From contig JAQGDQ010000025.1 in the NCBI GenBank assembly GCA_030141605.1, positions 1,042,732-1,106,731 on the forward strand: a stretch of DNA of 64,000 bases. Reading direction: 5' to 3'. The translations under genes were made by a program, and so were the position numbers. The notes under the pieces were generated by a model, which saw only the letters and a list, made by a program, of their open reading frames with translations, did not search any database and had not been told where the DNA came from. Positions 12,481 to 23,787 of this stretch are shown here, piece after piece (positions within the stretch are counted from its first letter, which is position 1; every line of letters starts with the position of its first letter). This DNA comes from Tubiluchus corallicola (Eukaryota; Animalia; Priapulida).

Positions 12481-12496
12481 GTTAATCAGCTGTTTT

Positions 12497-12571
12497 AGTA
12501 GTAGTAGTAGTAGTAGTAGTAGTAATACTAGTAGTAGTAGTAGCAGTAGCAGTAGCAGTAGCAGTAGCAGT

Positions 12572-12603
<32 letters not shown>

Positions 12604-12850
12604 CAGTAGTAGTAGCAGCAGTAGTAGTAATAGTAGTAATAGTAGAGTAGTAGGAGTAGAAGTAGTAGTAGTAATAGTAGTAGTAGTGGTGGTAGTGGGG
12701 TAGTGTTAGTTGTGTTGGTTTTGGTGTTGGTGGTGTTGATGTTGGTGTTGGTGTTGGTGTTGGTGGTGGTAGTGGTGTTGGTGTTGGTGTTGGTGGTGGT
12801 GGTGGTGTTGGTGGTAGTGTTGGTGGTAGTGTTGGTGGTAGTGGTAGTTG
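12497..12850. repeat. Compound (AGT/AGC)n-(TGG/TGTTGG)n microsatellite
   Basis: Read directly from the sequence. Confidence 0.95.
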
Positions 12851-13534
12851 TGTAATTGTAATAGTGACTGCAGTCGAGATTTGTAGCATGCACGAACACA
12901 ACCAACATTAGTGACTTGACGTGTAGGTTTATAAAGTACATTTTAGAGAGTATAATCTGCAGATCTATATCAGATCTAGATAAGGTACATGTTATTACGC
13001 TCGTAATCTGGCTAGGCCCAGGTTGATTTTTGCACCTGTCCATTATTTTTAATTACTTTCTCTGAAATGCACCTGCAATGGGCTTCTTACGTGCGACATG
13101 CAAGATTACAGACAGGTAAATAAAATAACCTATAGAATAAAAATCCTGACATTTTCAGGAATAATTGTTGACAAAATCAGCACCTGTCGCGTGTTTAAAT
13201 GGAGCTTGAAGTTTGCAAATATTTATCGCTGAGATTTTGCAACCAGCCAGATTAAACGCGCAAGTCTAATCCACTTCATGACCAAATCAATCATAAAAAA
13301 GTAATTAGAGAGGAATAGAATTATTAGAACACTAAGTGACGACGTATGTAAAAGTAGAAAGTTATGAGAAAACTGCTTTACAATTTACCAGTTACTTGTT
13401 TCTTTGTCTGTTTGTCTGTCTGCCTGTTTGTTTGCTTGTTTACTATTTTCGCTTTTTTAGTTATTTATACTCATTGACTACCAATTGTATAGACAGCAAA
13501 AGTATCCAAGAAAAAGCTGACAAAAGTCAACTAC

Positions 13535-13714
13535 CATCATCGTTATCATCATCATCATAATTATCGTCATCGTCGTCGTCGTCGTCATCATCATCATCAT
13601 CAGTCATCGTAATCATCATCATCACCATCATCACCATCATATCATCATCGTCGTCGTCATCATCGTCGTCGTCGTCATCCTCATCGTCGTCATCACCATT
13701 ATCATCATCATCAT
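13535..13714. repeat. (CAT/CGT)n microsatellite
   Basis: Read directly from the sequence. Confidence 0.93.
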
Positions 13715-15180
13715 ATTAATTATCTAATTATGATAATGATGATTATGCGTGCCGTGCATAAGAACATAACCATCAATACTTTTGTTACTCTCATTATTCT
13801 GAGTAACGCTGGCAAAAATAAACCATAATTTCACTCTGCCCCTGATTTGGGAACAAGAAAACAATGGCGTTCTGGCGTGCCATAACCTCTCATAGAATCT
13901 AACAGTTTCTTTTGCCGACGTGAGTTATTGGTAGGGAATTAACAACACTTTCAAAGACATCAAGATCGTTGTTGTACTAGTATGACGCTATGACGGTCTT
14001 TGTCCGTTCATCTGTGCTTTTTGATTAGAATCGTTCGTTTTCCAGTGCCTAAATTGTTCGGTTAATATAGTTGTTCGCATGCCAGCAAAACGACAAATGA
14101 ATATCGTAAATGTAATTCAATTTTGATCGCCTGGAGAGCAATATAATTTGGTTCGATTACGTTTTTGAGAAACTAGCCTACCAACTTTGCTCGCTTCTGG
14201 TTCCAAAGAGCAAACGAAATCAATACACCGTTAAAACCAAGAAGTGTTTTGTAGACCCAGCGTACAGATCGATTGCTAATATCGGGCTGGCCGCAGCTTC
14301 CGCGACGTAGATTCCAGGATTCTGCAAGACTCTGAAGTGCAGTTTGAAAAACCAGGGTGGCTTTGTGTTTTGATGGTGCTTTAGGCCCAATATTTGGATC
14401 ACATGGTATTCAGTCATCGACGTGGTAAACAAAGCGAATTTACTAACAAAAAATGTGATGGTAAGTTTGACGAAAGTAGATATAAACTTTTAACAATTTA
14501 CTACATTTGCGCTTTTGAAGAATGAGTTTTTCCTGGTTGTTGTTGTCGTTGTTGCTAATCTGTGTTGTTTATTTCGTCACCATTATTTATTCTGTGTTGT
14601 TATTCTTACTGTCGTTGACGCTGCTGCTGCTTTTGTGTTGCCATCGTCATTATGTATTGTGCGTTGTTATTCTTACTGTCGTTGACGCTGTCGCTGTTGT
14701 TGCTTTGTCAGTTTGGATAGTTTGCATGAGTGAAATGACCTTTGGTTGATGCATAAGTGGCAACTTTCCTAAATTATTCATTAGAAATGAGCTGAACATC
14801 AGACTGTAGGCGACCAACTAGAATGTCTGGATTGGTTAGGTTTGGATAGTTTAATCTCTTGTGAGGGATAGCGTTATTTCTTTATTTCGTGTGCGTAATT
14901 TTATTTGCTATTAGCTTACCATACTGCGCTCCACATGGTGTACTGTATCTCTTGTATTCCACGCCCCAATTATTATAATTTTTGCAAGTTAATAATAACT
15001 TTCTTTATTTATAAAAATTTGATCTTTTAAAACGAAGGTATGCACTAATTTCACTGAGTAACACACCTGAAATTACAACATTAGTCCGTGTATGACACGG
15101 TTGTTTGGTTTATTCAGCGCAGTTTATTTATTATCCGAACAAGTTGTGCGCATGTTTGAAGAGCTGCATGGTTTCTTTGA

Positions 15181-15675
15181 AGGAAAGAACAAGAACACAC
15201 TATATTAGGTTTATTTTACTGTTATCACTTAAACTTAGAGAAATACAACAAAGAAATTTGCAAAGAACTGCCTATAAAGCATAAATTTAAAACATACTAC
15301 CACTGAATAGAAATTTTCAGCGTGTGGTTGCAGCAATTCACTTGAAAATCATGACGTAATTGAGAGACTTCGTGACTTTTCGTAAGCACGTCGTGGCTTT
15401 CCGTAAGGGCGAACTGCCTAAACTAATTCAAACTTCTGCAGATTACCTAATGTTCACGCAAAAGTATTACAAAATTAACTTTTCTTCAGGACAAATGACG
15501 TCATTGGAAGAAGAAAGGCATTGAAATGGGAGTGGCCAAGCATGGAGTGATCGCGACTTTAATATAATTTTACTAGTTACACGAGACGCTAATTGCAGTT
15601 TTATTACTAAATCCTTCTAACATTTTTCGTGAACTTTGAAATAAGCCTAACTTCTTAGAAGGGTTAGCCTTTCCT
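15181..15675 (+). mobile_element. TTAA-targeting MITE (Kolobok-like), copy 1
   Basis: AGGAAAG...CTTTCCT termini with ttga/ttaa flanks; homologous to ~19738-20370 and (inverted) to 26628-27124. Confidence 0.75.
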
Positions 15676-16217
15676 TTAATATCGTTTATCGTTCCTTGGT
15701 TGTAAAGCTCACAGATGAGCCTCACTTGGCCTTGCATTCCCGTTATCTGGTCAACAATCAGCACAGATCAATTCCGTAAATTATCTTTAAGTGGTTTAGC
15801 CCATAGAGCGCAGCTGATGTAGGACAGTCAGAGGTCTCACTAGTGCCTAGTAGAACATTAATCAGCTTCTCCCTTAGGAAGCGATTCCATGACGGTAAGT
15901 AAGGGGTGCTGTTGCTTCAGCTTTTACATTGTCAGAAATTTTAAAACCTCAAGCATAACGACATAGACACAGTGCTATAAGATCACACATTTTTAATCTT
16001 ACCGTTTGCAAATAAGATTTTTTTCGCGAATTGTTTGGTTTCGAAGGTGAATAGTCGTTTCGATCATATGAAAACCTAACTTAGATATCAAGGTAACTTA
16101 GTAATCAAGGTATGCAAGTGTATCTCACTAAATATATAAGCTCAGATAATGAGCTTCACCTGTCCAAATGTTAACAAGCAATTAAAACAACTACGTTTGC
16201 AGTAATTCCTTTAACTA

Positions 16218-16424
16218 GCGTTTATGTAGCATCCGGAATGCGTATGCGTTATGCGGATGCGGAATACATAAAATCGGTTTATACTGTTTTCAATGAACCC
16301 GTTTATCTGGCCTGCGTTATGCGTTATTTTTTCTGCAGCTGTCTATTCCTATTGATTTTTGTCCGCAGTTATTCTGCAGGTGCGCGTAACGCATAACGCA
16401 TTCCAGATGCTACTACATAAACGC
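16218..16424. mobile_element. Foldback MITE
   Basis: ~40-bp imperfect TIRs: gcgtttatgtag..gaatgcgt..atgcgtta / taacgcat..acgcattc..ctacataaacgc. Confidence 0.7.
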
Positions 16425-19400
16425 CACTTTATTCGTGGCTTGCCTTTCTCTCAGGCTATAATTTTGGTTAATTTGTACTGAGTCTACTGATGCTCCGTCA
16501 TTTGTTGGCGGAGTATAAAGTTACTCAGGTATTCATGTTAGTATAAAGTTACTCAGCTATTACTTGAGTAATCTGTTGTCGTAAGTCTATTTACAATACA
16601 CGACCTGCACAAGAAAACCTGAAATTGATTAGAAAGGAGATGTTTTGTATAAGTCTTATGTCACGCGTTAATAAAACCTAGGCCAGGTTCAGAAATTTTA
16701 TGAGCTTAAATAGGATCACCTTGGAAGTTGTCGGAAACTCATTTCCGAAGTAAACAAATTTCTATTTGCTCTCTATAAATAACTGTAGGAAGTACTTAGA
16801 GAAAAATTACGTAATTACTTCTGTAGTTTTATTGTGCAGTATGTATATAGGAAAACTGTCTTATCACATCATTAACCGTGTAATAGTTTAATGAATAAGA
16901 CTGGGAAAAGGTCCGAGGCAGGAAATAATTCATTGGGAAAAACCTGACGGCCGTGACAGCAGTCGGTGCAGGTTTTTCCCCACGTTAAGAAGCAAAGCTA
17001 TCTCTTAACTTAATATGTGCTAACTCTAGTTAAAGGGAAGCTAGTTTTTCCCCCAAGTACAGGAGCCGGTTTTCCTCGTGTAATAAAGACACTAAGTGTC
17101 CCATGATGACACATTGAATTGTTGATTTCGTAACGTTGACTAACACTATTTTTGTTTTATTTACAGGTCATGTTGTGAAGTTATTATGTTGTTATGTTAT
17201 GTCGTTACATATGTAGTCATAACGTAAATAAGTACATCATGATGTTTTAACTCATTTCTTTATTGCTTTCATTTACGAATATATAGGGGTGACACGGCAA
17301 TGGACATCAAACACTAATAATCAACCTTTCGAGAATAAATTTTAGATAAAACATTTAGTTTGATACATCGACTCTCCCACTTTTTCTGAGCTAAACACGA
17401 AACAAGCGAGATCTGGAAATCAAAATAAATTCCCCGTTCTCGACATGATACCAGATTTTATTCTTGTTCGCGACAGAAGTACCTAGGTGGTTATTTTCTT
17501 TGCAGTGATTCTTATAAATTTTAGCACCTAATTAATAATTTCCTACATTTTGTTAAGGTAAACAAGTAAGTTTATTAGTCTATCACCATTTTTTATAATA
17601 CCAAAATGCATAATTAAGTGATTTATAATTCTATATAACATTAAATACTATTAGAAATTGCAAAAGTGATTATTGATTAGAGTGGTGAAAGGGTGACGAC
17701 GAAATTATGAGTTATCGATCTCAGCCACCCTCTCAGAAAATCTTACTAATATAATTAATTAATTCGCATGTTCCAAGTAACTAAAAATTATCAGATTTTA
17801 CATTTAAAACGGTTGTTGTAAAATTATGATACCAAAGTTTTAGTTTCTTATACAACAATGTTCAGTCACGGGAAAGACCTTGTTTCATCACCCATTGACA
17901 ATATGCACGTTCTTTCTCGCTTCTGAACGCGGGACGCCAGAGGCTTTGAAGGTGGTCGCCTATAGAATCCATTACTATTGCAATCTGATGTTTAAAACTT
18001 TTAGAAAGTGACTTAGAATACAGAATTAAAGCCATGACATGATCACGGGTGGTTACTGCTAAAAGTTTTTAATTCAATATTTGCGTGTTTTGTAATCTGG
18101 GAATTTTAAATTGACTTTCTTAGTCTGTTTTTACTTCATGCAACGTTTACAAGTAAAATAGTTCAGTATAGCTTGCATCACACGCCGAAAGAATTTTGTC
18201 CATTCACTCCAATCAGTCAAAATCTGAGTAGTTTTGAAGCATTCTTCTGTTTTTTGTGTCTTTGAGCACTTGAACAATAAACATAGATGGAAGTAGTTGG
18301 CCAATGTAGACGCAAGTACAGTGATATGTGAGATGTACAATGAATAGTATCTTCACCTTCTTTAGAATCTTAGTGGGACATTGGTCTTATTTGAAGACGC
18401 TACAATTTGAACTGCCTTCGAACTATTTGCATGTATGTGTTTTCAGAAATGAGTTCACGAACGTAAATTTTCCTAATATTGTCAATGTATTTGAAAACGA
18501 ACACACGTTTAAAATTTATTATGGTGTATTGAAGTTAAATAGGGATTGAGTAACATTATTTTAAGCCTAGGCCACTGTCTTTCGTCAAGCAAAAATTAAT
18601 CATTCGTAAAGTTTCCACCAATACATGATTAGAGATTATTCTGATTTGTTATCTACAGCATTGTATTTTTATGACAGTAATACATAGACATAAAATTGGT
18701 GTACTTAGCTATATAGCACGTTGCTTTTATTTTATCTTTGTTGTTCTCGACGTGTCATTTTGGTAACGTCTTTTTTGGGCTACAGTTTTTTTCTTATTGC
18801 CCAATATTATAGTGTATTTATCTCGAATTATAGTCAAGCAACTAACTAACTAACTATGAGGCTGATACATGCACACAATGTATAAATATGGGAGAATCTC
18901 TGGAACACAATCTTCAGTATTGTAGCTTTTGTAGACACATTTTTATCGCAAGTCTCGCAATGGAGAATGTGTCATCTCCTTTTCTATCTACAATCTATTC
19001 CTCCGTTTAATTGTATGTTGTCAAGTGCAATTATACGCATATTTGAAATGAGCAATTCCTTACTTAGTTTGTTTTACGACCTTTATTCTGGCATGCATGT
19101 GGTAAAATGCAAAAACGGAGTTATAAGCTCTGTTAAATGAGACAGCAATACATCTCTAACTTGTCATCAGCGGGGAAAAATCGATATCGATCATGTCTCT
19201 TTTTAAGATTAATCGCCAGTCGTTAAAGCGAGTCAAAACGATTCCCCTCTGGGAGTTGCACAGTTTTACAAACGGCCAACAGAAAGTGAAAACTTGGAAA
19301 ACTGGGATAAATTTGGAAAAATGCCAAGAACTGGACAGGAAATTTGCATGAAATATGAGATTATTTAAAGTGAAGTCATTAGACGAAAATAGATGCCTCG

Positions 19401-19429
19401 GGGTAGGAGTTGTCAATTTTCCTATTTTC

Positions 19430-19511
<82 letters not shown>

Positions 19512-19737
19512 TCCCTCTCTGTCTGACTCTGTCTCTCTCTCATCCTCTCTCTTTTTGTTTTTTGTCATTTTTTTCTTTTTCTCTCTCGCCCTATCTTTCC
19601 TTCTCTCCTCCCTTCTGTTTCTCTACTGCAATTATGAAATGCTCACAGAATCACATATGGCCAACTCTAGAGTTTGGGTCGTTTCAAAGGTAAAATTGTA
19701 GCCCAATTCAAACTGATTGGCTAATTTGTAGAGTTAT

Positions 19738-20370
19738 AGGAAGAGGCAACCCTGGAAAAACATTCATTGTTTGCAGCGTATTATTAATATACAATTAAAA
19801 ATGTTGAAATTACCATAAATATTCGCCCGTAGTCAATCACTATCTTGGGTTTATTATACTGATATCACTTAAATTTAGAAAAATATAATAAACAAATTTG
19901 CAAAGAACTGCCTATAAAGTATTAATTTAAAATATACTACCTCTGAATAGAAATTTTCAGGCGTGGAGGTTGGAGCAATTCACTTGTAAATCATGACGTA
20001 ACTAGGAGACTTCGTGGCTTTCCGTGAGCGCGTCGTGACTTTCCGTAAGCACGCGCCGCTTAAACTAATTCAAACTTCTGCAGCTTACCTAATGCTCACG
20101 TAGAAATATTACAAAATTAGCTCCCCAATGTTTTTATAAAAACTTATTATACTTTTGATGAAGATTGACAATGCGCTACTTTTCTTTAAGACGAATGACT
20201 TCATTGGTAGAATAACGGGCATTGAAAATGGGAGCGCCCAAGCATGAAGAAATCGCGACTTTAAAATGATTTTACTAGTTACACGACAATCTTATTGCAG
20301 TTTTACTACAATCTAACATTTTTCGCGAACATTGAAACAGGCTTAATTTCCCAGAATGGTTGGCATTTTC
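19738..20370 (+). mobile_element. TTAA-targeting MITE (Kolobok-like), copy 2
   Basis: ~19846-20370 aligns by eye with ~15205-15675; ends at ttct-ttaa; the left boundary is uncertain. Confidence 0.65.
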
Positions 20371-21399
20371 TTTAAAAATTTGAAACTATATTTCAAGAAT
20401 TTATATGTGCTTCCCTGTTTGTAATTTGATATTTGTAAATGTAAAATGAAATTAAAATATTCTCTGTTACCATGATATAACTTAAAAGACTAACATGTTT
20501 TAGGGTGATCAACACTCAATACACTTTCTCATCAACGACATTGATTTCTGTCGGCCATCTTGAAACGGTAGCGCCACCTCTTATAGCACGAATTTTGCTA
20601 GTTCTTCCATTCTTACACTTTTTGCACTTGGAAATACATTTTTGTAAAAATGTGAAATTTTGGGCACTAGATTAAAAATTTGTCAGCTCCTCGTCGTTCT
20701 AGGTGATTTTTTAGTTACCTTGCTAGCTCTCTAATTACCAATCGGCACCTGTGACAAGTTTTCACATATTCACTTACTTAGATCTCAGGATGCGTTCCCT
20801 AAGCAAAACAAATTAAGCAGCTAAATGAAAAGGCCTCGAGCATAATTTGACATTAATAACGTAATAATATCGTTGATTATCTACAGGATCATGTTGCTCA
20901 GGTAGATCCTAATGAACTATTGTTCCATCAAGCTATTATTGGCTCTCAGGAAGAGACTGTGCCAAAGGTGCTTGGAAGTATAGTGTGTCAGGCTTAGCAT
21001 GCATTTTTTGTTTCTCTAAAAGCCATATTAAACATGTCTGTTTTATATGATGATGATCGATTACTGTTATATTAAACTCCAAAATTAGCTATTATCACTA
21101 GGCAGGGGATAGCCAGGTAGTAAAGTAAGGGGAAGAAAGCACGTAAAAAGAGGCGCCGTGACAAGTACCGAACCATTTTTAACTTATTCATTACACATTT
21201 CAGTTCTGTGTATAAAATCGAAACACAAGGAAGATACTGTTTTAAATGCATTATATCGTTATTGCTCTGAAGCGTCAGTGTCCTTTAGAAGTAGAGAATT
21301 TATCAAAAGACCTTAGAGACTTACACGGCGAATTTAAGTCTGTGTAAATTCCTCAGCATCATATAAATCAATGTAAACAGTGTCTAGATATTATGAGCT

Positions 21400-23380
21400 T
21401 AAGAGATGGGGATAAAACTCTGTGGGCAAAAAGTAATTGCTCGGGCGAGATGAAGTAGAAAAAACCTGCAAACGGCCCAAGTGCTGCTGAACTTGCTGGT
21501 CATTTTAGTAAATTATGTTCATTACAAGAAGCAAAGTCAGCTGTTGATTTGGTGCAGAACAATAATTTGCCATACAACCCTATCCTAGATAATCGGATTA
21601 CATTAATTGAAATGGACAACGTAGTGAACAAAATGAAAAGAGGTGGTTTTGATTTTTCCGTACGCATACTAAAAAGTTCATATCATGTGCTGTACCCAGT
21701 ACTGTTAGTTTTAATGAACCTAATCTCACAGCCCTAATAAAAAAAGGGTGATCTATCGCTGCCTAAAATCACAGAGGCATACAAATGTTGTCACTACTAG
21801 CAAGCAACGACAGGATTATTGCAAATCACCTGAAGTTATGGCTACCCAACCGAGAAGTACAAACAGCCTTTCAAAAAGGCAGGTCATGTGTCGACCATGT
21901 CTCTATGCTACGGTTAATTATCTCAATTGCACAGAAACTGAAAATTAAACTTTATGTTGCCTTGATGGACCTTGAAAAGGTTTTCGATAAAGTACCTAGA
22001 TGCATCTTGCTAAATAAATATGTAAAATTGGGTATCCATCACGTGATGTATGAAGCCATTAGGTCTATGCATTTATTCACGCAATGTATTTTAAACTTTA
22101 ATGGTCAATATTCCTATTGTTCTGAACCATTCTCTGGCATTCGACAAGGTACAGCGTCATCAGTTTTACTTTTCAACGCTTTCTTTGATGACATGTCAGA
22201 TTATTTACAAACGAACTGTAATTCAGAAATGCTTTTACTTGATCTGCATTGTCTTGTTCATGCTGATGATACTGCCACCTTAAGTACTGATAGATCTTTA
22301 TTTTTAAACACAAGTATAAAGCTGCTGAAAATTATTTTTGTGACAACGGCATTATACTAAATGCTGCCAAATCTAGCTTCTTTGTAATAGGCAAGGATAA
22401 TGAAGATGATATGCGTTTTGTTCAGTTAAACAAGGGGGTGTTTAAATACAAAGATGAACAAGTATATTTAAGCGTCGTCTGCACAGATAAAGGTAATTAC
22501 TGTGTTGAAGCGTAATGGGATACGAAGCATTTAATGTTAACGTTAGATTTGTCAACTTTGTGACACGGCATCGTAATGCTCCTTTTGATGTAAAAATGAA
22601 AGTTTTAAATGCTTGTGTTACTTCATCACTTTGTACTCTGCTGAAAGCTGGAGTAGTGCTGCTCTTACTAAACTAGAGAATTTACATAGAAAAGCATTAA
22701 AAACTGCTTTAGGTAAAAAATCAGAACACTATTAACGAGATGGTGTAATACTGAAAGTGACAGCAAACCTCTGTCTGGAAAAGTTAGATCACTGCAGCTT
22801 AATTATTGGTTAAAGATCAGTAAATATTGTCGTGATAACCCTGATAATCATATCTGTAGACTTTCAAAAATTGTTCATAGAGAACGCACCAAATATGTTC
22901 AACATTACGAGAACAATGAGCTTCGAATTTTCTGTACTGGTAGTAAAATGAAGACTTATTTTGATAGCAAATATATAGAAAATGTCCGCCAAAGACTTCT
23001 TGCGTTCAGAAATGACCCAGACTCGAAACAGGGTGTACATTGTAGTATAAACCCTGAGTTAACCAAACCCTCGTTACTTTATGATAACATCATTCTTACC
23101 GAACATTACAGGATAATCATTTCAAGATTCAAGTGAGTAGGAAATCACCATCTACCAATTGAGACTGGCAGACGGGAAGATAGAATATGTCAGTTTCGTG
23201 ATTTGAATGTAGTACGGTTGAATGAAGGGTTGTTCAGACCCTTACGCATACGGTCTTAGAATGTTCCGAAACTAAATATGCTGACTGTGTTGAACATATC
23301 AACGGTTTTATAACACAACTTTCTGTAAACAAAGCCAAATATTTGTATAAACTTGATAAAGCTTGTGGAAATAATGATCT
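21400..23380 (+). mobile_element. Decayed non-LTR retrotransposon (RT + C-terminus)
   Basis: QTAFQKGRSC, DLEKVFDKVPR, GIRQG and VHADD motifs; later HHLPIETGR..RIC; many stops and frameshifts; boundaries approximate. Confidence 0.85.
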
Positions 23381-23476
23381 TTAATTAATTTTCAAACACA
23401 TGTAAATCTTCACGATTGCAATTAATATCACACTAAAATTATATTTCATGTAGTGATGCGTCTCGCCTGCGAATGG

Positions 23477-23620
23477 ACAAATTGTTTTACATGTTATACT
23501 ATGTTTTACCATTTTACTTGGGTGTAGAAAATGCTGAGTTTGTCAATATATATTGACAAATTCAGCATTTTCTACACCCAAGTAAAATAACAAAACATAG
23601 TATAACATATAAAAAAATTG

Positions 23621-23621
<1 letters not shown>
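23477..23621. repeat. ~145-bp near-perfect palindrome with no spacer
   Basis: Arms read ..ttttacttgggtgtagaaaatgctgagtttgtcaatat|atattgacaaattcagcattttctacacccaagtaaaa.., centred at 23549/23550. Confidence 0.93.
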
Positions 23622-23656
<35 letters not shown>

Positions 23657-23787
23657 TAGATAGATAGATAGATAGATAGAGTTAAAATTAAAACACAATA
23701 AAAAGTTACAGTAAGCTCATAAATCTCAAAACATAATAAAAACGTGTGTGTTATTATGAAAACATATATATATATATATAAATATAT

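Noticed and set aside
12386-13043. Poly-Ser/Thr/Cys ORFs
   Set aside because: Trinucleotide repeats; only the first ~25 codons are an RTE remnant.
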